NCBI GenBank assembly: GCA_002269645.1
Contig: NIVC01000420.1
Span: forward strand, 62,001-126,000
Direction of reading: 5' to 3'
Length of the DNA: 64,000 nucleotides
From: Macrostomum lignano
Taxonomy: Eukaryota
The notes beneath the pieces were generated by a model that worked only from the letters and a program-made list of their open reading frames with translations, made no database searches and was not told the DNA's origin. The position numbers and the translations under genes are program-made. Every line of letters starts with the position of its first letter. Within the stretch, counting starts at the first letter, position 1. Shown here one piece after another: positions 1 through 11,600 of this stretch.

Positions 1-244
1 CTACCGCTGGGCTACGGCCCCCCTCAAAGCTCAGCTGTTTCTGTCTTTTTGTGCATTTTTCTAGACGGAAATTTTCTTGACACCGAATTTTTCTAAGGCA
101 AATTCCCATTCGGCCCTATGCAGAATACAATTTGCTCCGAAAATTGGCCTTCAGCGAAAGAGAAGAGCTGGAACTCTAGATTCTGGTTCAAAGCCTCGTT
201 GGTTTATCACAAACACGAAAGCCAAATCACTGCCCCTTACGCAG

Positions 245-654
245 GTCCGGGCCGCCCAGCGCACAACGCCCAACCGCGCAGCTGTTCAGGCGACCCAATC
301 GACCCCGAAGAGCTGCGGCGTCGCGAGGCGGAACGCGAAGATCGCCGCAGTCGACGACGTCAGCAGCAACTGCTGCTGCAGCAGCGGCAGCAGCTTCAAG
401 GCCAACAGACAATCGACGAGGCTGATGCGCTGCTGTCGATGACCTCCGAGGAGGACAGAAAGGACGGAGAGGACGAAGGTTCTCTATCTAACAGCGGCTC
501 CGGCGAGGCTGGGAACCAACCACAGCCGCAGCCAAGCAGTCGCCCATTCAACGGAAGCTGCTTCACCATCGAGCGGCTTCTGCTGATGTCTCCGTCATCG
601 AATTCGAAGGCAGCCGGAAGCGGCGGCATCTACGACAACGAAGGCCAACAATGA
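245..654 (+). CDS. Terminal coding exon of a gene entering from upstream of the window; probable transcription regulator
   Basis: Acceptor ctgccccttacgcag at 244 coincides with a GC rise (alternative acceptor at ~123). Open frame to TGA at 652-654. R/E-rich helix, polyQ, and C-terminal FTIERLL resembling the eh1 (FSIxxIL) Groucho-binding motif. Confidence 0.55.
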
Positions 655-1998
655 CTGCTTAGAGTTGAATTCACTATATTAACTTGAAAGCTTGCATGTT
701 CATTGTGAATTATAGCTTTGCAGCCAAAAGTTGGACATTAAAACGAATTGAATTTAATCTTTCAAGCTTAGCTCTGCCCAACATGCATTTAGACAGCAAC
801 AACTAGTTAGTTAGCTAGTTTTTGTTCGTTCATCGCAGTGTTTTCCCACCTTGATAGACAGTAAAAGAACTCAAACTGGAACAACTTAGATTAAATTCAA
901 TGCGTAAGAGTCCAACCAAAAAATATAGGTTCAAAAATCTATGTTTAATCTGTCTGCCTCAGCGCTATAATTCTACTCAATTGATCTGATTATTAACCGC
1001 AAAGTAATATACAATTTATGAAATAATTCAGCCATGTTTTTTTGTGAAATCATTGGACTATAAACCTTTCAAACACTAACTAAACTGTGAAAGCGTGCAC
1101 GCTAGCCAACATTCAATTGAATTCTTACTGCTTTTTCCTTGGTAAAGTGACCTACTGAATTGGCAAATATAGTGTAAAAAGTCGAACTACTCCTGCCAGC
1201 AGCGCTCTGTTGGTACTCTCCCCTCAGCTTAGCCTTATCCCAATGCTTAAAGGATTCTTGGTTCACAGAGAAGGCAAACACAGCCAGGCAAATGAAAATT
1301 GGCATTCAGACGCCTCGTGCAGCGCCCCAAACTTAGACAGATCCTGGACTGAAGTAAATGGGGAAATAAGCGAAAGTTCTGAGCGATAGCCGGGTTTGTC
1401 GTGGGGAGAAATTTGAAGCACGATTTGAATGAGGACACATAATCCGTGACCAGGAATTAACAGGTGGCCTGGTACCCCCACCAGCCGGATAATCCTCACT
1501 CCTAATTAAATATTCCCGGCAATTGGGAATATGATTTTGAACAGGTTTTATAAGACAATCAAAGCTGCTGGATGGGAAGCGGAGGGTTGGCCGGGAGATT
1601 TAAGCAAACAGTGCAGCTGGAAATTTCTTCTGCCAACAAGAGGCAACTTTAAAAAAGGGGAGATTGAGAACCCGAACAGCCGATTGATGGCGAAATAATT
1701 TTTCCTATTCACGATGCCCCCTGCGCACACCGACCCAACGCGGGGAAGTGTGCTCGCGAAAATCAGTGTCACGTTGGGCAAACAGAATTTGGTTGGGGGG
1801 CGGGTGCCGTGGGAAGGGAGCGCACGAGCGCGCATCATCTTATCTTTCTCTCCCCCCCCCCACCCAGCGATAATGAATTGATAATGATGATTAAGATGAA
1901 TAGTAGAAGCTGGGCTATGAACTGCTAAACCCACAGGTTCTACAATTTTTTGTTGCTAGGACGAATTATCATTGCCAGACTGATGGTCTTGCTTAAGA

Positions 1999-2137
1999 AT
2001 CTGGGAGGCTGGTCTAGCAACTGATGATCTGGGAGGCTGGTCTAGCAACTGATGATCTGGGAGAATGGCTCAGCAACTGAGGATCTGGGAGAATGGCTCA
2101 GCAAAATGAGGATCTGGGAGGCTGGCCCAGCAACTGA
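1999..2137. repeat. ~28-bp minisatellite (ATCTGGGAGGCTGGTCTAGCAACTGATG), ~5 copies
   Basis: Direct tandem copies visible in the sequence. Confidence 0.85.
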
Positions 2138-2474
2138 AGAGGGTGCTAAATCAGACTTAGATATGGGGAAAATAAACTTAAAAAATTTCTAGAACTTGAC
2201 AGATAGGGGACTATTTCAGTAAAACGAGGTACAATAAATAAATAACACTTGAAATAGCCCGTCAGCATCAATTTTCAAAACGGAACAGGCACAACAGAAA
2301 GCAAGGAAGACATTCTTAATCTTACCACAGTATGTGTATTCTTACTCATATTTAAGTAGAGACTTTATAAATACCTTCATTAAAATTTCCAAGCTAAAAA
2401 GCTACTGAAAGTAAGCAGTAAAGCATATAGCTATAAAATATTAAAATGCAATAAAGAGTTCTTATTGCTAAGAT

Positions 2475-3296
2475 CTAGTCAAAGTCTAGCAAATCGTTAA
2501 AGTGGTTTTCTTCCCCAATCCCAAAGTCGGATAGGAGACATTCCGTAGGCGCTTGAAAATCAGTTTGAGCAGCCGGATTCGGCGGAGCCAAATGAAAGTG
2601 CCCGCAATCAGCGCAGCGCCAGCTCATAGTTAGAGCTTCACTGGCCAGCGCCAGGCCATTGTGCCGACCACAGTTCTTGCAGAGAAGCGCCTTTGGCGGT
2701 TGAAGCTCTAGGCGACATCCAGCTCGACAGCCAATCAGAATGCGCCACAGATGAGATGCTATTCGATAGATCAGTGAACCAAATTTTTCTTGGCCAATCA
2801 CAGACCGACCTGGCTTGTCCTGGCCAATCACAGACCAATCTGGCTTGTCCTGGCCAATCACAGACCGACCTGGTTTGTCCTGGCCAATCACAGACCGACC
2901 TGGCTTCTCCTGGCCAATCACAGACCGACCTGGCTTCTCCTGGCCAATCACAGACCGACCTGGCTTGTCCTGGCCAATCACAGACCGACCTGGCTTCTCC
3001 TGGCCAATCACAGACCAATCTGGCTTGTCCTGGCCAATCACAGACCGACCTGGCTTTTCCTGGCCAATCACAGACCGACCTGCTTTTTCATGGCCAATTA
3101 TAGAGCAATTAGCCTGATAATAACAATGCGATGCAATAAAAAAAATCAATCCAAGTAGAACCAGAAAATAGATGAATTTAAAGTAGCCATGCAAAGCCAG
3201 TGCTAGAGAGATAACTCCAGAACTGATAATAACAAGAACAGTAGAAATCTTGGGTGGCCAGGTCATATCTCTAATTTGAGAAAAAAGTACCAGCAT
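2475..3296 (-). CDS. Lunapark-like ER membrane protein (two N-terminal TM segments + C4 zinc ribbon), intronless as seen
   Basis: 273-aa ORF with two hydrophobic segments, then ALLCKNCGRHNGLALASEALTMSWRCADC. This matches the Lunapark Zn-ribbon pattern ALICxxCxSHNGMA...FRCxxC as I recall it. No N-terminal Gly2; an upstream exon is possible. Confidence 0.75.
   Translation of the reverse strand: MLVLFSQIRDMTWPPKISTVLVIISSGVISLALALHGYFKFIYFLVLLGLIFFIASHCYYQANCSIIGHEKAGRSVIGQEKPGRSVIGQDKPDWSVIGQEKPGRSVIGQDKPGRSVIGQEKPGRSVIGQEKPGRSVIGQDKPGRSVIGQDKPDWSVIGQDKPGRSVIGQEKFGSLIYRIASHLWRILIGCRAGCRLELQPPKALLCKNCGRHNGLALASEALTMSWRCADCGHFHLAPPNPAAQTDFQAPTECLLSDFGIGEENHFNDLLDFD
2790..3095. repeat. 30-bp tandem array (TGGCCAATCACAGACCGACCTGGCTTGTCC) x ~10, inside the Lunapark-like ORF
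   Basis: Ten near-identical units, each with a CCAAT box; encodes (PGRSVIGQEK)n on the minus strand. Confidence 0.95.
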
Positions 3297-4744
3297 AGCA
3301 ATTTGCTGAAATAAAAAGAAAGTTTAGAGTGTTTGTTTAATATATTAAAAAAACTTTTTAATAGCATATAAACCTAATTTATGATAGAATATTTAACTCT
3401 ATATATCGCTATAAATTTTTTATTTTTTATAAACTTGCTATAAAAAATAAAAGAGGACTAAGTAACTTTGCCTCATATCAATTCTATTTTGGATAATTAG
3501 GCCTAACCTATAGTACTATATTATATACAAAAATTGATTTTTGTTTAAGGAAACATTAAAATACTATTATATAGAAAATAAAAAATTAAAAGCTTTTAAT
3601 ATAATATAATATTTAATAATACATTATCTAACTATGCTAAATATCCAAAGACAAGAAGATAGAGCTTTTAATAAGAAATTGTTATATGCATGATGACCAT
3701 ACAAAAATAGATATGCACAATTATAGGATATGAAAATATAAAAATTTGGCCTAGTATAACAGAAAAACAATATTTGTAATTAGTACAAAAATATAAAATA
3801 TTATCCAACTTATTATAATATTTATATTCCAACACAATTAAGTATATGGATTATAACCATTTGATCTTGAAAATGTATCAACTAGACATTGATACTAAGC
3901 CTAGCTACATATAGAGATAGAGTAGCTAGGCTTAGTGGATAAGATTACAAGATAAACAGTGAAAATAGAGGAAATTATATATTAGAAAGGCAATACAATA
4001 TTATATAGGTAATAGGGGCCTATATAATTGCAATCAAGGGTCAAATTGCACAAGACAGTTTCAGATATGCTAGAATTTTTTTTTCATTTGATACAGATAT
4101 TTAAACCTTGGATTTGGCATACTAGCACTTTTTAAATCTATGTTGGATTGGACTGATGTTTGCAAAAACATTCTTGATCCCTTGGCTGCAATAGGGTCAA
4201 GCTAGAAAAAATAGTTATTAGAATACATCATAGAGCAAGAACAAGAGCTACACAAGGTTAAAAGGACATTAAAACTGAAACAACTTAGTGTTAATGATAT
4301 CCTATATCCTAAAAATGAGTTGTTTGTATGTATGTATATGGGTATGCGATTGATTTCAAAATAGAGCTCTTATTATTACATGTCTTAAACATAACATGTC
4401 TTATTATTAGTAATAATATTAATATAAAACAAACAAAACGAAACGGTTCTTCAAAACGGTTCTTATTAGGATTTAGTCAAAAGATGAACCTAACTACCAG
4501 CATATAATTAGGGCATTCTTATTTATAATATTATAACCACTGAGAGCTACAGACATATGAATACATGATTATTATTCTTCTATATATTATTTTATTAAAT
4601 GCAGGCCAGCACGCACGTGGGAATATTTGAATATAGGCAAATATGCAATAAACAAAATTATAATAGCTTTAAGCTCCTTCAGTTCTTGCTTTGAGTCAGA
4701 AATCTTGTGTTCAATACGTGCATGTTCTCAATTGCGCATTTATT

Positions 4745-6830
4745 TAGCAGGCAGTCGACGAAACGCCGAGTGCGCGCCTGCCCCACCCCCCCCCCCCGGT
4801 AGGGTGCCTGCAGCGTTAGCAGCAACACCCTGCACCAGCTCTGGGCAGTATGACTCGGCGCGGATGATGTGGCCTGCCTGCTGGAGTCGCCGACGGTGCA
4901 ACAGGTCGCGCTTGGACGGACCAGGCCGGCGCGGCGATACAAAGCCGCGTTGTCACTCGCTCGTAACCGATCTTGAAGGCGGCGCGCAGCAGGCTAGCGT
5001 CCAGGCCAGAGCGACTCCGTCAGCGTCCAGGTCTCGGCGTTGTACAGCAGGACGGTCTCGATCACCGCCTGGAACAACGCCGCCCTCTTGCGGTCAGGTA
5101 AGGCCTCGGAATGCAGGACTGCCTCACAGAACGAAAGGCAGCCCAGGCAAGCCCGCAACGACGCCGCAAATCCTCGCGGACGCCGGGAACCAGACCACCG
5201 AGGTAGACGAACTGCTGACAGCGCGGAAGCTCTGTCGCCTGTCCATCAGCGCCTCGGCACCAAATCGCAGCCACGATGTCGTCCAGCACGAAGAGCACGA
5301 CGGTCTTCTGCGTGTTGACCACCAGGCCGACACTCGCCGTAACAGCAACTAGCTTGTCCAGTTGTCGCTGGACTCCCTCGACAGTTGAGGACAGCAGGGC
5401 GAGATCGTCGGCGTGCCCAAGCACGCTGAGCCGCCTCTCCGGTTGACGTCGATCCACGCGTCGCCGCAACAGAAAGCCGTCGTCGTTGGTAGGAAGAGCG
5501 GTCCGCAGCACCCAGTCAAGCACCAGAACAAACAGGAACGGTGCAAGCGTATCTCTCTGAAGTACCCCGGAGAATGTCTCAAAGAAGTCCGATAGGCTGT
5601 CTGGTGTTGAAACAGCAGCTTTCGTATCACGGTACATCGCCATGATGGCGGAAATCAGCTGCTCTGGCACGTTTTACACAAGGAGCACTTTTGGGAGCAC
5701 AGACCTGACGACCGAGTCGAATGCCTTCTTGAAATCTATGAAGGTAACAATTAGGCTCGACTGGCGTATCCGTGCTTCTTCGATGACTCGCCAAAGAGCC
5801 AGGATCTGCATCACTGTGCCGCGATGGGCCGGAAGACGTTCTGCTCAGGACGCAGGTACGGATTCACGATAACAGCATCCGGTTGAATAACTTCGCAGCG
5901 CAGGACTGAAGGCAGATACCTCGATGCTCCTCAAGCCTCGTGGTTCCCGGCTTCTTAGGAACTGTGACGATGTGCGCCGTGATCCATTCGTTGGGTGCCT
6001 CCTAACCGAAGAGCACGCGATTCATCACTCTGGCGACCTCACTGGCCACACAGTGGATGCGCATGCAGCGCCTCGATGGGCACCTCGTCCAGACCCAGCG
6101 CTTTCCCGCCCGGTGTCTGTTGGGCGAGCCTCACAACGTCGGCTGTGCTGACTGGTGCTAGGCTGAAGCTCTCCTCTGCCGGCAACGGCATCTCCGGCGG
6201 CAGCGTCAGACTGTCTGGCAGCGGGGGTTGGCGGCGCGTTGACAATGGCGGCGAAGAACTCACGTAGCTCGTTCCTGCGCTCGTCCGTAGAGTCGCCTGC
6301 CAAGTTTAGTGGAATGCACCTCTTTCGCCTCGTCAGAGCATTGATAGCCGATCAGGCAAAGCTGCCTCTGGCATCGGGCCCAGCGGCAGAGACGGCCCGA
6401 ATGACGTCATCAACAGCAGCCTGCTAGCGCTGTAGATAGACAAGCCTCCTCTGCCTCGCGGGTTGGTCGCCTGCTCAAACGGAGTCTCCCCAGCTCTTCC
6501 CTCGCTGCCGAATCGCGGGGTCGTCTTGCCATACCGGCTGCTCCTTCTGGGCCGGTCGTATCAGCGGGACTGCTTGTTCCGCGGCGGCTCGAACTGCAGC
6601 GCACACCCCCGAGTACTCGGCACCTCCACGCTTGCCGCCGAGCGAAGTGATGAAAGCGCTAGCGAAGCGGCTGTGAGTGTTGGCGTCCCTGAGCGTCGCG
6701 GTAGTAGCGCCGCGGTAGTAGCGCCGCGGTAGTAGCGCCGCGGTAGTAGCGCCGCAGTAGTAGCGCCGCGGTAGTAGCGCCGCGGTGGCCGCTTCGGCGA
6801 ACGGTAGAGCGGATCGCGAAGACGAACTTT
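4745..6830 (-). mobile_element. Decayed, 5'-truncated RTE-clade non-LTR retrotransposon
   Basis: RT motifs GVLQRDTLAPFLF and HADDLALL (YADD mutated), FVYLGG, and C-terminal RRLQQAGH-type region; frameshifts and stops; no endonuclease domain seen. Confidence 0.9.
6700..6786. repeat. 14-bp tandem repeat (GGTAGTAGCGCCGC) x ~6 within the RTE copy
   Basis: Direct tandem copies. Confidence 0.9.
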
Positions 6831-7324
6831 TTCTCTTGCTTTAACAGCACTTTAATTTCTTCGTCTGTGCTCCTAGCATTCTACCACTCACTCAGTTTAT
6901 TCAATATCTCTTTCTCTTAATTATCTTAAATACTTAGTTATTATATCCCATTATTTTATTCTCAATCTTATTTCAATTTTTCTAGCTTTCTTAACGCCAT
7001 TACGCTCGTATGAGAGGCTTGCCCATTGTTCTCGTTTTCTCAGACGCTTGACGGAATTGATAGCTAATTACCAGGTATCTGTGACTTCAAAAAGTATGTT
7101 GGGATTGTAATTCTACCTCTGCCCTTTCCTTACCCTTATTAAATTCCCCAGCGCTTTGTGTTGAATATTTTAGCATATTTCATCGATACTGCTACAGGTA
7201 TGCTGAAACTCGTAAGTTAATGACGAGTTTATCTGTCACTTTTTAACGATTTATGCGAACATCTGTCATCTTTTCGTGATTCCAGGTGACTAAAAAGATC
7301 TTTTGGTTGGATTGGTAGCAAACG

Positions 7325-7435
7325 AGCTCAGCCAATCACAAAATTTAACGTGTATTCAACAAAATCGGTTTAGCCAATCAGAATCGACGTGTGAAATAAC
7401 GTATCGTGGGCCAGTTGGCAGCTATTTAAATCGCT
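7325..7435 (+). promoter_or_regulatory. Pol II promoter-like cassette: two AGCCAATCA boxes + TATTTAAA
   Basis: CCAAT at 7332 and 7374, TATTTAAA at 7423-7430. Function not demonstrated. Confidence 0.4.
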
Positions 7436-7824
7436 GATTTTTCCAACTTGCAGCTGCTCAATCCTCTTTCGGTGTGGCTCGATTCTTTGAACTATGTACC
7501 TTTACCGCTTTCCCGACGGCGACACCTAACCTAGCTTATTATTTCCACGACTCGACCCCTCATTCGACCATAAACACAGGCACGCAGGCACGCGACTCAT
7601 GCACACGCGCGCATAGGGTGTACAGAGGCCCTGACTTTCTACTAATCGTCAGGCATGTAACTAGACACTCTGCCTTTTGGGTTGGCCTTCGTGTGTATAG
7701 ATCGTACGAGAACCCCGACCGATTTTCTGGCACAAGCGCCCAGGTCAATACTAAAAGTGAATTTTTGATTTGCTCCAATTAAATCTTAGGAGGAGTGAGT
7801 TGAATTAGTGAGAAAGCGAAGGTC

Positions 7825-7918
7825 CAAGGACTACTTAACAACTTAGGACGCTACACTCGCGAATAGTAGAAATTTTAGAAAAAGCCGCTTGCTCTGCTCT
7901 GTCGTTAAGTAGTCCTTG
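7825..7918. mobile_element. 94-bp miniature P-superfamily-like MITE
   Basis: TIR CAAGGACTACTTAAC ... GTTAAGTAGTCCTTG; 8-bp TSD CGAAGGTC/CGAAGGTT (7 of 8 match). Confidence 0.75.
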
Positions 7919-8698
7919 CGAAGGTTACGCTATGAAAGCTCACATGATGTGCTTAATTAGTAAGCAAAGACAAAAGTTAACACAAAGGGAGAGGCTCTGT
8001 CCTCTAAGGCTCTGTCTGATCTGTCTACATCAGCGCTGCGAGAGGTTGATTAGTGCATTTTCGGCGAGAAAACCGTTTTACATAATTCAGTGAAGCAATT
8101 GTACATTTAATTGCCTCCTAAAAACTTGCTAGCTCAAGAAACTCACGCAAAAGGTTTCTCAGATTTCGAAGGAGCTGGTTTGGTGAACCATTTTGCACGG
8201 GTTGGTGGCGGCAGGTCAGCTTAATATCTCCTGATTAGCTCTAAAGTCGATCTTTCACATTCGGTCTCTCTATCTGTCTGCCACGTCTTTGCTGCCTTGG
8301 GCTGCAGTTAAAGTGGACAAAAAGGCAGACAGAATATGTCCCTGTGCAATCCTATCCGGGAGATGTTGTTTATCTCTTTATTTGTCTGTCTTTCTGTATT
8401 TCTCTATTTCTTTCTATTTTACTGGGGTATTTGTATTAGCAACAGGAGTCAATTAAAATGGTTAGCTTTTTGTAACACCCATGGCACTATACAAGGATAC
8501 GTTAGTTTATTCGGAAGGTTTTCAAAATTAAGCTTTGAAACGATAATTCAGTAGAAATTCAACGCCTGACGTTCTCTGGCTACCTTGTGTCTATGGCCTA
8601 TTCGCCACCTCTAAGCAGCCTACTAAATTAAATTAGTAATAAAAAGCCTTCCTGAACATTAAAAACGAAAGCGAATCAAATGCTGAACCGCTTTGGAG

Positions 8699-11600
8699 AT
8701 GGCAGGCGTAGATGCATCTACATCACGAACGAAGCGGAATGCAGAGCAGCAACAGAGAGTCAGCAAAAGGTATGTCGGCTAATACATTATATGCTGTGCA
8801 GTGCTTAAATCTTGATGCCCCACTTTGATCAAACTTTCGTAAAAATCCTGTCTGCAGGGCTGTTTCCTTGGGCATAGTTTCCTGGCAAGCTACAAGCGAT
8901 TCGAATTCGCAAAGTGACCAGCGACAGTCCCTGCAGGAGCAGCAGCTGCAGCACCACATACTGCGTCGTGTGGTTCGGTCCGCGGCCCAGCAGTTGCTTT
9001 GTCAGCAGATTGACTTTCACTATAAACTCGTGAACAAATCGTTGGACCGATTGGCATGCTATCATCTGTACTCTGTGCTGCTCGAGTCTGTGCTCTTGTG
9101 CGCTGACCAGTCTGTCACAATGTCGGCACTTTCAGGCGATCAGAAAACGACCACAACAACAAAGGTTTGTAGCGGAAAATATGTAAATTCAAGTTAGAAC
9201 ATAGGGATTTCATAGCACTCTAAAAAATTGACACAGTTGATGTAACCACGCTCGGGTCGCGGGATAGGGCATGGGAACTTTTTCGAAAGTGCCTCCTATC
9301 CCGTGCACCCTCTGCACAGAGCTGTCGAGACTCGGCCAGGTCTCCGACCGGGCCTGGAGACTCCCGCTCTGCTGCACCCCTCCTGCTGCCTTGGTCCCGT
9401 CTCCCCTGCCGCCACACCTGCCTTTCCGGAGCCCCCTACCCCTTTCTGTACCTCCCCCCTTTACCCTACCTCTTCTGTTTTCCGCCCTATTCTTCCTGTA
9501 CTTTCCCTTTCCCCCCCTCTTTTTGTCTCTCTCTGCACTCTTTTCCTGCGCTGTCCCCTTCTTCTCTGTGTCTACTTACAGTATTTTGTGTGCTCACCGT
9601 CTCCCCATCCCCTCCCAAACTCCCAAACGGTGACGCAGGTCGTGTGACCCCTTCTTCCCCCCGATGACTCATCGATGACTCATCCCCCTCTCTTGCGCAA
9701 CCTTTTCTCATGCCATTGTTCTCCTCCCCAAATTTCTCATGCGACACCCACCCCACCTCCGCTTCTATTGTTCTCGTTTTTGATTCTTTTGTTCTCTCGA
9801 CCCCCACCAATTATCACATTTTCTCCGATTTTCTCTTTCTTTTGTTCTCGTTTTCGCACCTAATTATCACCTTTTCTCCAATGTTTACTTTTCCATTGTT
9901 CTCAGTTTTCCCCAATTATCCCCGATTTCCAATTCCTTTGTTCTCGACACCAGCCCTATTGTTCTCAATGTTTGCTTGCGCAATACTTTCGCGACCACCC
10001 GCTGCGCCAATTATCCCCACACCCCACCTCCGGATTGCGCAATTTCCCTATTTCTCATGTTGCTATGCCGGTCTCATGCTTCTCATCATGACTCATTCTG
10101 ACGTCATTCTGCCGGCAGCCAATCAGAGAGAGGGAGCCATGGTAACGACCTCGAGGAGGCGGCTGTGAGGTCTATAAAAGGAAGCGATTTCGGCATGGGA
10201 ATCGTCGTCCTTCGCGTTCTACGCTTCAACTTCTGCCCACCTTCGGGCTCCTAGTCTTTCTTTAGACTTGCCGTCAGACTGAGTTCTGACCCATTCGTCT
10301 ATTAGACGAATCCCTGCCGGTCCGCGGTCTGTTACCGTCAAGTTATCCTTAGCTCCCCAAGCGAGCTCGCCTATCGGCCAGCGGTCTGATACCGCCCAGC
10401 ATCATCAGCATCGCCTGATCTACATCAGCGCCTCGTCGCTCCAGCGCATCGCCGCTTCACCGTCTGCCTGACTGCAGCCTACAGCCGCCCTCGGTCACTC
10501 CGCCTCTCTCTCTCTCTGTGCAGCTGCCGGTAAGTTCCTGTTACTAATTTTGCTCTAATTGCCTTTGCTTATCCGGGGTTTGCCTATTTTCCATTGTCTG
10601 ATTAGAGAGCTGAGCCAATTGTGATACCGTATCTTTTGCTGTATTTTACTCAATAGTGAAGCCGCCTAATTGCCTGCTTATTTGCCTAAGGGCCTAATTA
10701 TTAACTATTAACTAACTTCATCATTATTCAATCTTTCACCATCATTTCACTCATGGCTTGCTAAGCCTTTCTCCCGGGGTGGCAAAGCATAAGGAAGTTT
10801 GGGTAAGCTAATGGCCTCTCCCCGTGCAAAGCCCGCCTGTGAGTGCGTGCTGCGGGGCCGCGTGTGCGTGCAGTAGAGGGATTAGCGAGTCTTGGCACAG
10901 AATGGCAGTAGGAAGGTTGCAACCCCATGCTAACGCGTCCCTTCGCCCTGAGCAATCTAAACTGTAGACAGTACATGTTCGCCTCATACTACTCTTAGTA
11001 ATCAAAGTCGCAAGTCAGCCTCGCTCACAGCCACAAAGGATCCCCTGCTGAGAAATCCTCCAGGATTGAGCCCAGAGTTCCCGATCATGCCCCAAGCAGA
11101 GTCCCTGTACTCGGCTGCATGCGTCTCCCCTGTTAGCCTAAATCCCCTGGTAACCAATCCAGGCGGGGCTCTAGCCTCGAGAGGTCTGGTAGAAAGATCC
11201 AGGTGCGCCAGGTCACATAGAGTGGTGGCAGCCACTCGGTCATACCATGACCGAGTGACCAACTATTGCACCTTGGCTACAGGTGGGGTCCATGTGGGTC
11301 CTTGGCCCTCTGGTCACGAAGCGCTACCAAAAGCTACTAATCATGTGGGCGGGACAGTCTGGTGCTGGAGGTCCGTCAGGTCGTTGCCCGGTCATAGGCA
11401 GCCTACGGTCATTGCCCCCTCTAGCCAAGCGTTCGTCTCTCAATAGGAGCGGACAGGCGACAAGGGCGGTTACATCACAGTATTGATATGCATTTCAATA
11501 AGCTATGCGCGTTCTCTAAGCAGTGCAATACGTTCGTATAGAGTTCCATTCACAACAGCATGAAATGCGACAAACCTTAGGCAACGATGTCATCTCCAGT

